DNA from: Ancylonema sp.
Taxonomy: Eukaryota
Direction of reading: 5' to 3'
Assembly: GCA_050230475.1 (NCBI GenBank)
Contig: JBFLGF010000101.1
Location: 1-63,381, forward strand
DNA length: 63,381 nucleotides
This document shows positions 1 through 13,813 of this stretch, one piece after another. The position numbers and the translations under genes are program-made. Under the pieces are notes generated by a model, which did not search any database, was not told where the DNA came from, and saw only the letters and a program-made list of their open reading frames with translations. How positions within the stretch are numbered: position 1 is the stretch's first letter; each line of letters begins with the position of its first letter.

Positions 1-151
1 AAAGGGCCTTCTTCCCCCCCCCCCCCCCCCCCCCTGTAAATATGTGCCAAACTATTAGACTTGATGCATACAGCAACGTCAACATAAGCGACAAATGACG
101 TCACGCCATCCCAACCAACGTCCTCCCCATCCCCCCCCCGCCCCCCCCCAG

Positions 152-3059
152 GTACACGTGGCATGTACGCTGTCCTCACCCTCCAGCTGGGGGTGAACGT
201 GGGCTCACTTATCACCATCGCAGTGCCATCCGGGTTGGGCCTCCAGTTCATGTATGAGCTGTACTACCCGGGAGCGGGACCCACCCTCCAGGTATGGATC
301 ATCTACTTTATGGTGTTCCAAGTCATACTGGCGATGGCGCCGGACCTGCACAGCCTTCGGATTGTGAACGCGATTTCGACGCTGTGCGTCATCATTATGA
401 GCGTGGTGGGATTCGCGCTGGCGATTTATGACGGTAGGGGGGGGGAGGCGGGGGGGGGGGGGTGGCGGGAGGGCGCTCGCGGACATAGCGTTGTAAATGG
501 AGGGATGTTGGACATCAGTTTATGATGCACGAGAAAGTAATGACCGAAGAATGTTGGTTCTTGGGGTCGGGCTGTTTGCATTAACGAGTCGGAGAATGCG
601 CAGCAAAGCGGATGAGAACACCAGATAATTTGATGCACTTTTCCTCATTTTCCTGCTTGATTTTTTTATTTTATTTTTCTTTCTTCTTTTCCACATCTTA
701 CTTTTCTTCTGTCCCCCCCCTCACCTTAGTTTTTATCTGAGTGGGTCTGCAATGTACAGCCGTTTCAGTCGACCCTCGGGCAAACAACCTGACACCTGAT
801 GTGTGATGATGTCATCTTCTGACACGATGATGTCATACGGTGTATGTGCGTGTGTGCAGGCAGCCAGCTTGATCGCAGCACGGTGACGTACGACGTTTCG
901 GGCGCCACGGTGGACAAAGTATTCTCCGTGTTCAACGCCATGGCCACCATTTCGTTGGCGTACGGAAACACGATGCTCCCCGAAATTCAGGTGAAAACAA
1001 CAGAATGTACATCCACTCTGTACAGGGAAACAACGTGAGCTGAAAAACGAATTTGAGCTACATTTCACTTCCATGTCGAAGGAGAGAGCAATATAGAAGA
1101 ACGAGGTAAAAATCTATGTTGTGCCCCCCCTTTGATCCCCTGCAGGCCACGCTGAAGGAGCCTGTGGTGCGGAATATGTACAAAACGATCGTGGGGGCTT
1201 ACTGCATCATCCTCCCAGCTTTCTTGGGGGTCGGGATAGCGGGGTACTGGGCGTACGGATTCAACGTGCAATGTAAGTGGAACAGGCGCAGGTCCTCCTC
1301 GTGTAGGCATGTGGAAGGTCGTAGGAGAATGACCATCTACAAATTAAAACGGGGTCTGATTCTGACTTCCATCTGATCCTCATTGCGTACTTCTTGTCTC
1401 CGTTGGAATCTCCTGACTGAATTAAGAATCGATACCTCTCCGACTGCCACCTCCGTGGCAGCATCTCGGAGGACATGAACACCCTGCAGATCATAATCCC
1501 CCGCCACCACCGGTTCATTCTCCTGCCCCCCCCCCCTCTGTTGTTTTCTCCTGGCCAGCCTACCTGCTGTTCTCCATCTCCAGCCCCACCTGGTGTGTGG
1601 TCGTGGCGAACGCAGCCGCTGTCATCCAATTCGCCGCCAGTTTCCAGTTCTACTGCCAACTCATATTCGAGTACTTTGAGACCAAGTACGGGGACATGAG
1701 TAAGCCGAAGTACAGCCTCAGGAACTTCCTTCCGCGACTCGCCATCCGTACATCCTTCCTCGGAATCATTACACTCGTGAGTTTGACTTGACCGCGGATG
1801 ACTTTTGACCGCCACTGTGGACTGATTAGTAAGGAGAAGCCCTGAAAAACTTTCATCATCCTGAAGGACCTCTGTTTTATTTTCACTTTGTACTCGTCTT
1901 CAATCTGGCCAGTCTGACTTTTTTTTTTTTTTTTTTTTAACATTAGAAGGCACGGCATTTAGTGGAAACTGGAAACGGGTGCCGGACATCCAATCAGTTT
2001 CCGAGCTCACATCTTCTTTTGATCCCGTGCTGCCAGGTGTCGTGCGCTCTGCCCTTCTTTGGAGATTTTGTGGGTGAGGTGGCACATCCCTGCGCTCCCA
2101 GCACTCAGCACTGTTCTCTTTCATTTCCTCAGTCGTTCTTGTTCATATCATACCTATCACATGGCAGCAATTACACTCCCTCACCTCCCCATGTCCTACA
2201 TTCCTTGCAGCTCTGGTCGGCGCTTTGGGCTACACTCCAATGGATTTCGTTCTACCCATCATCATGTTTCTAGCAGTGAGTGACTCTCAACTGCCCACCT
2301 CATGTGTTCAGCGGTTGAGGTTGGAGGGAAGGCCTATGCATGAGTCACGTCCGTTTTGTGATAAGATTACTTTTGTAAGAGTCGCTTGTGAACTCACTAC
2401 TTCATCACCCGTGAGAGACACTGTCAGCACCCCACTCCTTGTTCCTTGAGCCGCACAATGAGGGACAGATGATCGTTGGTGACTAAAGCTGGTCAGTTCT
2501 TCATTGCAGGTCCATAAAATTACGGGGTGGAAGTATTGGGGCCAACATGACCATTGCTATCTTCTACACCGCTGTAGGAGCCTGCGGCGCAGTTGGAGCA
2601 TTGAGGTACTTGTTTTTTTTTTTTTTTATGGACACAACCAATAGATGAATCTTGGGTGATGACGTGTGGGTCGTGGCCAATTTTTTTTCGAAACATTCGA
2701 GAAAGATTTAGTGATAGACAAATGAATTGCGGTATGGTTGGAGTAAGGTAAGATCTTGCACCCGATGACACCTGAATAACGATTGAACCGTTCGAAATGT
2801 GAAGCATGGGGAGGTGAATGTGCTAGTTTTCGGTGATTTGCATTTCTTGATGTTGTCATATTCTTTGTTGTGTGCACTTTTTTTATGCGTTTCATATTGA
2901 TGAGATGGGAGAGGAGGCTACTTTTTCATCAATATATTTGAATGTCTGCATTAGGATTGGGTGCTCCGTTGAAAATGTTTTGTTGGAAATTGTGTCCTTG
3001 ATTTGTACAGGTCCATCGTTCTGGATGCTTCCGCCTACAAACTGTTTGCCAACCTTTGA
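152..3059 (+). CDS. Amino acid/auxin permease family transporter (GABA transporter GAT / ProT-like), 5'-partial
   Basis: GT-AG exons 152-433, 860-990, 1146-1272, 1559-1776, 2037-2073, 2211-2275, 2510-2605, 3011-3059 join to give AAAP motifs 'MAPDLHSLRIVNAIS', 'AYGNTMLPEIQ|ATLKEP', 'GYWAYG', 'ALPFFGDFVALVGALGYTPMDFVLP' and the C-terminus 'RSIVLDASAYKLFANL*' typical of GAT/ProT. One extra G at 2538-2541 breaks the frame of exon 7. Confidence 0.9.
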
Positions 3060-4800
3060 GCTTAAAAAGTGGGGAGGAAGTTTATTTAGGGGGGAGGGGG
3101 GGGGGGGAAGGAGTAGGATTTATTTATGCTCCTATGCCTTTCTAACTCAAGATTCTCTAATATGTGAACGAACGAGGGTGTTGTAGTAGAAGGGCATACT
3201 TGACCTAGTTTAGTGGGGAAGTGAACCATTTTGTTGTGGACCACTACCGCTTTATCACAAGTGCCTATATCACTTGCTTCATTATTTAAGTTCATGAGTG
3301 TGAGATCAGACCCATTGCTAGTTATCGCAACAGAGCATCGCATATAGCATAGTTTACAAAGCGCAAATAGACAATATTGGTGTTGCACAAGATGATGAAA
3401 AATGTGTGCAAGCTATGCATGAACATTCTTATGAGGAACACCGTAGTGTGACACGGTATGCATCCGGCCTCTCACCGGATTCATTGATTAATATTGCCAG
3501 TCACGCAATCATCACGTGGCATAAGTTCTTTAAAATCAACATTGATGTTTCCGAACATGCATTTCCAACTTTTTGCCACATATAACATCCACTTTTCTCA
3601 TTCAACTCTATCGACCACAATTGGTCATCCACCTCGACAACTGACAGTATTGTAAGATTTGTGTACTTGCAACCAAGTTTTCCTTAGTTTAATCAATATT
3701 GATATTTTTTGGGTTGTGATGCGAAGCGGCATTTGGGCTTTGAAGCTGTGAATATTGGAAACGGATGAACGAGCATCAAATTCAAACATCAACTATCAAC
3801 AAGCATCTCAACAACCACGCAACCCTACAAATATTAAATGATACGACAATGTTACCATGTGATTTGGATAGTAAGCAATAATCGTTGCAATATTGTAATG
3901 ATACACCTTACAACGTGGCTTATGTCGGAAAGATGGTCATGAGAACTCTTGCCGACCTTTTTCCATCCGAATTTCTTCCGCGAATCCAACAATTTGTCTC
4001 TCCACCCATTCCGGATATCGAAGCGGTTTGGAATAGCTTCACCCCATCCACGAATCCACGTACTCGAAGTTGCTCGACTCTTAAAGTACAAGTCGAATTC
4101 ACTCGGTCCCGTGCGAGTCTGGCTCTCTTGGGTGAGTCCGAATATTGGAGGCGTTTGTCACAAAAAAACTTGCATGTACGGTAAAACATGTATAACAGAA
4201 AACTCTCGGGACCGTGAAAAAAAAACCCTAAAGACATTTCCCTAAATTTTCCTTCAAATCTTTTTTTATTCACTTAGAGAGTAACGTTTTTTTGGAAATC
4301 CGATTTTGGGACCGGATTTTCCTAATCCTTTTGAGAGGTTATTCCCTAAGACAATATTCCTTAAGACAAGTTATACTGTACATCAGTGCAACCGTACAAT
4401 GGCGTAGAACCCTCAAAATTCATCGATAATTTGGGCACGCTTATTGTGTTTCTGACAATCTAGTGTTATGGATGAACATAGAACCATAACTTGCATTGTG
4501 ATAACATGCATTGTTTACAAGTTCCTTGTGCAATGATGTCATTCGTTTTAGGGGTAGCAATCAATAAACATGATGTGGTATGTTTGTACGGTATGTAATC
4601 AACACTCTCACGGATAGACTCCGTGGTTCCCAAGCTCACACTATGCAAGCATTATTTGAATAAGAAAACAAGTATTAAAACCACACCAAGACTCTTACTC
4701 CAATGTCTGCTTTGACGCGACCCCGCAGCATGTACAACGATTCAAGTCGGTGTCACCATGATGGCAACGACACGGAAGACTACCCATTGATATCTAGGAA

Positions 4801-4890
4801 AGTAATATTATAAGTAATATATATAATATTATATTATATTATATTATATTATATTATATAATATGATATATATTGTAAGTAATATTATAT
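4801..4890. repeat. AT-rich (ATATT)n simple repeat
   Basis: Directly visible tandem atatt units. Confidence 0.85.
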
Positions 4891-5270
4891 TGACATTGTT
4901 CTCACTTCACTTGATATTAGCGCAAAAAGACACAAGTCCTATCAAATATTTTATGTTTTATGAAGTTGCGAATATTGACGCCGTATTCGTGCCTCTACAT
5001 TTTGAGGCCGCGGTCTAACACAATGGAAGTAGAATTTAGAACCGAAATCAAGCAAGGGTTTACTAATATAAGCCCTTGAGAGAGTGAAGCTCGGCTCGTG
5101 TTTGTGGCTTTCCCCTCGATCATAAAATAGGATTCACCGTCTCTGATTTCCACCAACCACTTCATTTACCGAATTTCCCTTTTACATAGCAAATACACCA
5201 CTCGTTATACGTGAAGAGAAGAAGCACAATTGAAAAGCAAAGCAAATGTTAGCGATGCAAACAAAAGAGA

Positions 5271-8200
5271 CTACCACTTTTCTTTCGGACCCGTTGAAAC
5301 TCTTTCCCGCGGTTGTGTCGTGATCAACCACGGGCGATCCTCATCACCCACCCCTCTACTCCCACCCTTCACTTCCTTCTTCCTCACAGTCTCACTTTGG
5401 CCCCCATTCTCTAAAGCTGACACCATTCCGTCCCAATCCTCATCCTCCTCATCATCATCCTCATCTTTATTGTCTTCCGCCCCGTCGTCTCGCAACTGAA
5501 GATCGGGATCAAGTCTCTCCATTTTTTTACCCTTCCCCACCAGTCGTCGAAGGTCGTCGAACGCCTCTTTGATAGGGTCCTTGATGATGAGTTCCGACCC
5601 CTCGTATGCCTCCCGTAGGAATAGCGAATCCCGGAGCCCTTTTTCGGACAGGTAGAAAATTTCGGGGTGGCGAATGACCATGCCACGCAACCTCGCGGGG
5701 ACCCTGGGGAGTCAAAAAGGGAGGCAAAAACGCAGGAGAGAAAGACGAAAAAGGCTTGAGAGATAGTGACAACACATTTCAATGTATACTCGTTACAAAG
5801 GCACGTCCTTTCTTTGGTGTCCGTAACGACCACCTTGGCACCAAAGGTGTTGACGATTCCATGAAGAGATGTCATAAAACAAGCACTCAACAACTAACAA
5901 CTCACAACTGACTCCTGCTAAAAACGTTGCATCACTTCATAGCACCTGTAACGGGATACATCTCTTCATTCTCGAGGAGAAATAACGTTTTCGGGAAGAA
6001 CATTCACACATTAGAACATGAACATTTGCATTTCACTCCTTTCAAACCATTATCATTTCAAAGAAATCCATCCCGGCAAATAACCGTAACAAAGAATTTT
6101 CCCTCCCATTAACGCACATTCCACCCCTAACTTCAACCAAAAAAAAAAAAAAAAAAAAAAAACTCACTTGTATTCCTTGCGGAAATGCGTGAAATGGTCC
6201 AACAACATCCTCTTCTCCGTCGTAAGCGACAGCATCTCGTGCACAATCCCACAATTCCTCTTCTCCGCTTCCGGACTACCCGGCTTGATACCTGTCGCGT
6301 CCCCGTACGGGGACACCAGGGGCAGATCCAAAAACTCTTGCATCTTCATCAAGTCCCTACGGGAAACATTGAGCCCCGCTGGCAGCTTCATACTGATTCT
6401 CCTCTCCTTCCGGTACCTCATTGGGTCATTCGGTCCCCCGAATTTCCCTGCCCCCACCAATTCCCTCCCCCTCATTAAAGCTGCCAACGCAACCTCTTCC
6501 CCAACCTCCAGGCCCCCCTCCCCCCCTCCTTCATGCCCACCACTCTCTCGCACCTCCAAAGACTCTCCCTCCCCTACCCCACCTAATGAAATACGATCCG
6601 AATAAAGATCACCATCCTCCTCCTCCTCCTCCTCGTTCCACTCCTCCTCTCCATCCTCCTCCTCTTCTTCCTCCTCCCACTCTGCCTCCCCTTCCCCATC
6701 TGAGTCCAACCCATCCCCATGCACATCAATATGATGTTTGCGCCCCCCCCCAGGCCTTGACCCCAAAAAAGAGGACCCAAACTCCTCCCCTCGCACAACC
6801 ACTTTCACCCCCCCATCCCAATCATCCTCCTCCTCCCACCCCCCAACCGCACGGCTGCCCAGAGCTGCGCCCCCACTAGCCGGCTCCCACCCGCCACCTG
6901 GCGGGACGTCCACGTCAGCACTCGCAGACTCCGAAGTGGAGGCTGCTGACGTGGACGATGGCGGGTAAGGCGGCGGGTATGCTGACGTGGCGGACGCTCT
7001 GGTCTTCCGTATGGCGTCCAGCTCCGCAATCTCTTTTGCCTCCGTGTATTCTGCCGCTGACACGGCCAAGCGTGGGTCCCACGAGGTGAGGGCGAGGGTG
7101 GGGCCGTCCAGCATCTGCTTGATGCGAAAGAAGTGGGGGTAGTTGGGAAGCATGCTCTGCAATGGGCGCGGAGGGGGTGGCAAAAGTCAGCAAAATTCGG
7201 CAAAATTCGGCAGAAGTCGGTTCAAAGTAGACAGAAGTTGGTGGCGAAGGGTGGCAAAAGGTGGCAGAAGATCGCGAGAGATTACGAAAGATGGCGAAAG
7301 TTGGTAAAAGTCGGGTAAAGTTGGGTATAGTTGGCATAAGTATTAGGAGGGAGAAAGTGGCAGAACATAAGGTCTCACCGTGCGGAAGTCTTCCGGAAGC
7401 CCGAGGTCTCTCCGAATATGTGAAATGTGTTCGATCAACACTTGCTTCTGCACCGACATCATCAGAAGCTTCCGGACCTGATGACATCAGCAGAAGGAAC
7501 ACTGAATGGATGACGTCAGCACAACGGACGGATGACGTCAGCCATGGGTCTAACCGCCGCAAAACGCAGTCCCCCTCCAGAGCACACCTGAGCAACTTCT
7601 CGGAAGTTTCCATGATATTTCCTTGGAATCTGGTTGTCTGTACCTTGTCCACCAGGATGCTTTCCAGCTCTCCCTTCATTGCCTGCTCGTTCAGGTACTG
7701 AGTCTCCGCCTGGCGGGTGAGGCGGAACCAGCACTGCCCCCCCCCCTGGTTGAAAACCTCGAAAACGGCGGGAAACCTGAAGCAATTAGGGAAAAGGAAA
7801 TTGTTTTTGATCTAATAACTATCTTCGAGGTATACGTAGAGGGACAGTGTTTCAAATTTAATGCAACAAATAGGAAAGAAAAAGGGTGAAGGACATTTGT
7901 AAGGATCTTGACGGATTGGGACGGCGCTTTTTCGTGTGTATCATGATCGGTTGGTTGGGGTTGATGCTATTGCTTGAAAGACAGCGTATGGGACGAATTT
8001 TAAAAAGGAGTGTACACAAATGTGAGGACGAGGCGCAAATGTAGTTGCGTGCATATCACACTGAGTGGAGAGAATCAAATCACTACTGTTTAAAATCCAC
8101 TTCCTTTTTACAGTTCTGCATCCTTCAACATAAATGTAATCCTCTTTTAGAGACGTACGTGTGTACACATATGCAGATTCATATCTTGACAGGATTCAAA

Positions 8201-8871
8201 CAAGCTTGAAAACATTTGGAGCCATCAACCATCCACTCCCACTAAACTACATAACTTGTGATCCCGTTTTCTGGAAACAAGAACTCAAAAGTTCCGTTCC
8301 TATCCCTTCACTTGTCTTCTCTCTTCAGCCCCTTTTACATTCCCTCTTCACCCTCCACTTTATTTACCCACAGCCACTCTGTTTTGAGGGGCACTGCCTC
8401 TACCCGTCCCTACATTGCCACTGCTTCCCTTCCCGATTTTCCGTCTCCCTGCTATTCAAAGAAAATGCCGTTATAGCGGGGTGAATCCCGTTGTAGTGGT
8501 CATTAAAACGGGGTATTACTGTCCCCTTCCTTCCCGGTGCTGCCTCTACCTTCATCAATCCCCCTTCCACTTCCCGCATGGCTCCCCTTCTCTTACTTGT
8601 TGAGCAGCACCACGCACTTGCGCTGCCCCCTGAGCCCAATCTGCTTCCGGAACCTTCCGAGCTGCTGCAGAGACATGGTCCTTCCCTCGTGCTTGCACAG
8701 AATCTCCTTGATTCGCTGCACGATGCGCACTTTCTTGTCACGCTCGATTACGCGGTCCAGGTGGGGTTCACTTTTCCTCTTGATTCGGGCGACGGGATTG
8801 GCTGGCCGCTGTACTTTTCGCTGCTGGGAAGAGGAGGAGCGGGGTTGTGACGTCAGCAGGGGGGTGAACAT
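5271..8871 (-). CDS. WTF1: PORR-domain plastid group II intron splicing factor, WTF1-like
   Basis: Exons ~8825-8597, 7776-7644, 7477-7379, 7156-6168, 5703-5271 give 'LDRVIERDKKVRIVQRIKEIL', 'RKLLMMS...HIRRDLGLPEDFR', 'SWDPRLAVSAAE', 'EKRNCGIVHEMLSLTTEKRMLLDHFTHFR' and 'LRGMVIRHPEIFYLSEKGLRDSLFLREAY', which match WTF1. The true start is uncertain. A transit-peptide-like upstream exon may lie at 9491-9240. Confidence 0.9.
7188..7335. repeat. Degenerate ~10-bp minisatellite (GGCAAAAGTY-like) filling a WTF1 intron
   Basis: Repeated ggcaaaagtc/ggcaaaattc/ggcagaagtc/ggtaaaagtc units. Confidence 0.7.
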
Positions 8872-10113
8872 GGAGGGTGTGGACGTGTGATGACATCATC
8901 GTGAAGATAACGTGTTGCAACATGAGTGGTTGCTCATGTGCAGAATGAACTTGGGCATTCTGACGAAAGACTACTGGACTGTACTGACGGGCCAGAGGTA
9001 GAAAATCATATACTGAGTATGCCATTCTGCACAGCTCTGATCGAAGACTAGAATTCATGTCTTCCTTGTAAAAAGCGATGGATTGTTGCTTTTTCGGCAT
9101 TCTGCAGTGAATAGTAAGCATTTCAGCACATGGAACTTTGCTAGAACTAGTTCCTGGACGTGAGTGCGATCTGACTACTCCTTTGCAATGTACTGTACCA
9201 TTCTGCCATCTGCAATTACTAAAATGAGCTACTTTCGCCTTGACGCATAATCGACTCAAATACACATAACTGGGACGGGGAGGTATCGACCATCCAGTTT
9301 TGACTCACTGATCGTGACTCGTCTCTCGAAAAGGGCTGAAGTCTACACAGCGAAGTCTCGTCAGAAGAGAAGGAACATTTCCAACGCAGTTGCGCTGCTC
9401 CATTTGCTCTCACGTCCTCACCGACCCTCCTTTTATTGAGGTGAGATTGTGACAGAAGAATGGACGAATGAGTGTGAACCGCAGACATCATCTCTTTGCA
9501 TTGATGTGGTAAATGTACAGGTAGTGTTTACTTTTTACTAAGTGCGTATTTACTCAGAGCAGTGTGCATCTCCTTGGTTCCACACAGTTTACAATTCACA
9601 ACCTTCGGCAGATTCTGTCTACAGGACGAGAATACGCGTCGTCCCTTCTCTAGTGCGTCGTGGAGTTGTGTAACGCAGGCCTGCCATGGCTTCCAGCGAC
9701 AGGACGAGCGTGCAGCTTGGGGAGCGGTGGGGTGGGTCCCTCCCTTCCCTACCGTTCATACCAACTCCCCGTCCGCCATCCAACCGTCTTCCGACCGCCG
9801 CTCCTGCAATTTACCGTCTGTTCGTTAAATGTGGCGGTCGGGCGGGTAGTAGGGCGGCCCTACTAGGGCCGCCCTTACTAGGGCCTACATGCCTTGCATT
9901 AAAGACGACACTTACCCAGCGATGTACCATTCATCTGCCTCCCTCCCTTTCTTCCATATCTCCGTCATGTCATCGCGGTCACTCATTACAATCTCTTCGC
10001 CGCAATAGGCAGGTGGAAGTACCGGGCTTACCTTCCTTCTGTCATGCTGCTCTGTTACCCTTTGTAGGTTCTTCATTTATTGTTTTCTTTTCAACTCATA
10101 CCAGTGAAACAAG

Positions 10114-12189
10114 ATGAAGGTCCGCGCCAGGGGTAAGCGGCTGCCCACTGTACGGAAGCCGCAACCGAGCCCGGGTGGCTATGGTCGTCTCTTTATTGTC
10201 TTCGCAGCTGCCGCAGTCCTACTTTATGCACTCGCATCGAGAAGCTCGTCTCTGCCCATAACCAGCCGCGACATTCTAAAGAACGTTGAAAAAAAAGAAA
10301 TGGGTGGTGATTCCGATTCTTCTCGTACTGACTCAAACACCGACAAAGGCGTGGATGGGAAGTCGGTTTATTCGCCAAGTAATTATGCGACCTACAAGCC
10401 GCAGAAGGATGGCACCTTCGTGACTCATCGCAAACCAGTGAAAACAGGCCCACTGACCACCCGGATCAGTCGGGACCACCTACAGACGGTGCTACTGGAC
10501 CGATACAGACTCAACTCGGAAAAGGATGGAAGGCCTGTGTCAGACTCTGACCCGGCATGCGCGGGTTCCACGTGCCCTAAATTCGAGTACTGCTATGAAG
10601 GGTTTGACAACGTAGGTGTGTGTGTCAAGGACGGTGCAGAGGACTTGACACGGATTCCCACCACCTACCCTCTCAATTGTCCCGCCACGGACTCCTCCTG
10701 CGTTCAGGAACCGGATCTACAGCCCCACGAGAAGTGGAGTGCTCAGGTAAGACGCCTATCGCCAATGCCGCAGGCCCAGACAGGTGGCTGCGTGAGATGT
10801 AGGCCGGCGTTGGGGTCAGTCATGTAGGACCCGCTGCTGACGGACTAGCAAACGGTTTGACGGCATTGCACAGCAATCGGCTGCAGCAGCAGTCATGTCG
10901 GTTAATGGGTATAGCAATGTGAACATCATCTCCGCCCGCGGGTTTGATCTCCTGCGGATTTGTGGCACGGAATGTCAATCCACTCCTCCGACTCAACCAC
11001 TGACACCATCTGACCACCTCGCTCTGCTCTCAGATCTTCGTTCTAAGTAACGTGTACGTGAACGTGGCCGGCCAAGTGTTCAACACGACACACTTCTTCG
11101 ACCACAACGAGTGCAGTGCCGACCAGCGGTTCAGCCACGTGGAGGGCAAATCGCAGGTCACGGAGTTCAAGGAGCTGGTCTCGATGGTGGATTGGTTCGG
11201 ATGGAACGCCCGCTCCAACATGCTGGATCTCGTCCCCGTTCTGTCGGTGCTGGACGCCGTAATGCCCGCCTTCAAGGGGGTGCCTGTAGCCTACGGCCAT
11301 CGGTTGGGGCACAGGAGGACGCAGCTGGAGCAGATGCAGGCGATCGGGTTGGAGGACATCCTGGGGGTGGAGCTGGACAACTGGAACCCGCAAATCCTGG
11401 AGGGCCCCAACCTCTTCTTTGCAGAGAAGCTCATCCTGGTGAGGGAGGGGGGTCTGAGAAACTGGGAGTGCCCAGGGTCTAGGGTTTAGGGTTCAGGACT
11501 GACTGTTCCGGAACGGGTGCCTGCTGCTGCTGCAGCCTCTGCACCAACGCTGTGGGCGCCCCAGCCGAGTGCTGTGGAAGCGCATCCGAGGGGGGCATTT
11601 TTTGAAAAAGGGCGGGCTGCCAATGTATAAAGAGGGTGAGTGAAGGCTGCCTGATTCGAGACGAACAAAGGGGAAGGGGGGAGGGGGGCTTTTTCTTTAA
11701 CCTGCCCCGTTTCTGCCCCCAGATTGGACCCCCTTGCGGTATCCTGGCCCGATGGTCACCCCCGGGCGCGATTGGGTGGTGCTGCTGGGGATGAAGAAGG
11801 AGAAGAAGGGCATGCTGGAGGGCCTGAAGGTGGAGGAGGAGATGATCAAATTGTTTGGGAAAAGCCGAGTGCTGGTGTACTACGAGGGGTCCATGCCCAT
11901 GCCGCGCAGGAAAGAACTTTTGAACCGAGCAAAGCTTTTGGTGGCAGTGCACGATAACGTTTTGACCGACATGGTGTACATGCCGCCAGGAGGGGCCGTT
12001 TTGGAAATTAGACCCATGGAGGACGCAGACCCGACTTTCCATCATTTGGCGGAAGTTTGTGAACTGAACTACTACCTAGTGTTTTGTGAGGGGAAGAAGG
12101 CGGATGGGAAGAAGGCGAGTACGTTGGAATTCAAGGATCCGGCGTCGCTATATAAGGTGTTGGGTGACATTGCGAATAAAATAAAGTAG
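10114..12189 (+). CDS. Type II membrane glycosyltransferase family 61-like protein
   Basis: Exons 10114-10746, 11034-11438, 11536-11635, 11723-12189 join in frame. There is an N-terminal basic tail plus a TM helix (LFIVFAAAAVLLYALAS). The C-terminal 'LLVAVHDNVLTDMVYMPPGGAVLEIRP...FHHLAEVCELNYY' resembles the GT61 signature region. Confidence 0.75.
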
Positions 12190-13813
12190 CTTAGAGTTGT
12201 ATATTGCTCATTGTGGCAATGTGTGGGAATTTGAGCGGTCTGTGGGGTTGAATGGTACTTGATGTTGTTTCTTATTGTAGAGTGGAGTAGATGGACGTGA
12301 TCGGAATATTTATGTGGTGCACCTTCCATACGAAAGATGATCAAGTGGATTAACCCCTCATCTTTATGATGCCTTGTCGAAGGTTTAAATCCTCCAAGTG
12401 CTTATATGCCAGGGGAAAAAAATTATTTGACTTGGCTGTAATATGAAGCTCTCAGCATGCTCATCAATACATGGTATTGTAAGGGATTAGTGGGCATACT
12501 AAGTCTTATGCCTTCTCATACCATTTCCTTGAATTCCGTCAAACGAAATTTTGTGTAATGTGCTCGGTCTCTTCAATGTTTATATACCTACAAAAACCGA
12601 TCAGTGTGGGTGCGGATTCGAAATATGCCTTCGGTGCTTGCTTGCCCATTCCCTCTATCGTTCTATTATATGACGGTGTGCTCCTATTTAGGTACATTTG
12701 CATGCACGACTCGGTGCTTCCATGCATTTTGAGGGCATTATCTAAGCACCAAAATGTTATTGCATGTTAATATAACGAAATAATGAGCCTGCAATAGTAT
12801 CCAACATCCATAACATCCAACATCCATGATAACATCCAACATTGGCAAGCAATGTATGCTCGCACTTGCTTGAACATGTTTAATTTACTTGTTTGGTGAT
12901 GCGTACTTGCAGTCAAGGTTGCTCAGTACACAATATGTTGTCAACACTGTGGATCACTAGGATCACTGGGATCACATGATCTACCACTAGATCTGCAAAA
13001 ACTTTATTCACTTTGATGGTGCGAGAATGGGGCATTCGTTGATAGACCCAAACTTCTCAACTTCTATTTATTTGATTACATTTGCACACGTTTCATCCAT
13101 CTTTACTCCACTTCCATTTACAACCACTTCCAAAAAAGGCTCGATTGTGGCTTCCGTTTTTACTTGAGTAAGCTATAAAACAAGTGGAATGCTGAAATCT
13201 AACATCAAATGCAAGACTAAATTCCAAAAAAACTCATCTACAATAATAATTACATGAATCCTACTCCATTACCTGCTGCATGTTCTTCCAAAGCCTATCG
13301 CTCGACTAAATCCGAATGCTTCAAAGTACCATCCGTACTTATTCCCTCTTGTCAATAATGAGAACATACATAATGAGTAGCCTCTAGCAGTTTGCAGTGA
13401 CTTGGACACGGATGAATTCTGACCTTGCACCCGCACGCTACTTATTACGGCCGAGTTCGATGATCGTGCAACGCCTAGCAATTGGAGTAACACGTTCCAT
13501 CCTTCCCGCCAAAATCTCATCTCACGGTCGGATGAGGTTTTCTAGCGAAGTTGTAGATAATATATGCCGTGCGATGCACTATCAAATAAATTTCACTTGC
13601 ACTTTTGTATTTTCAAACGACGTGTACCTCGCAATGTGGTTTGCCTGTGTCAAAATTTTCCTACTTGCTATGTTGTTCCGGAAATTTGTACATTCAAAAT
13701 TTAGCGTGTTTTTAACGTATTTTAGCGTATTGATACGTTGGGAGCACAATAAGCGTATTTAGCGTATGATAACTTGGCGTATTGTGCGTATTGTGCATCC
13801 ATGGCAACAAGTA

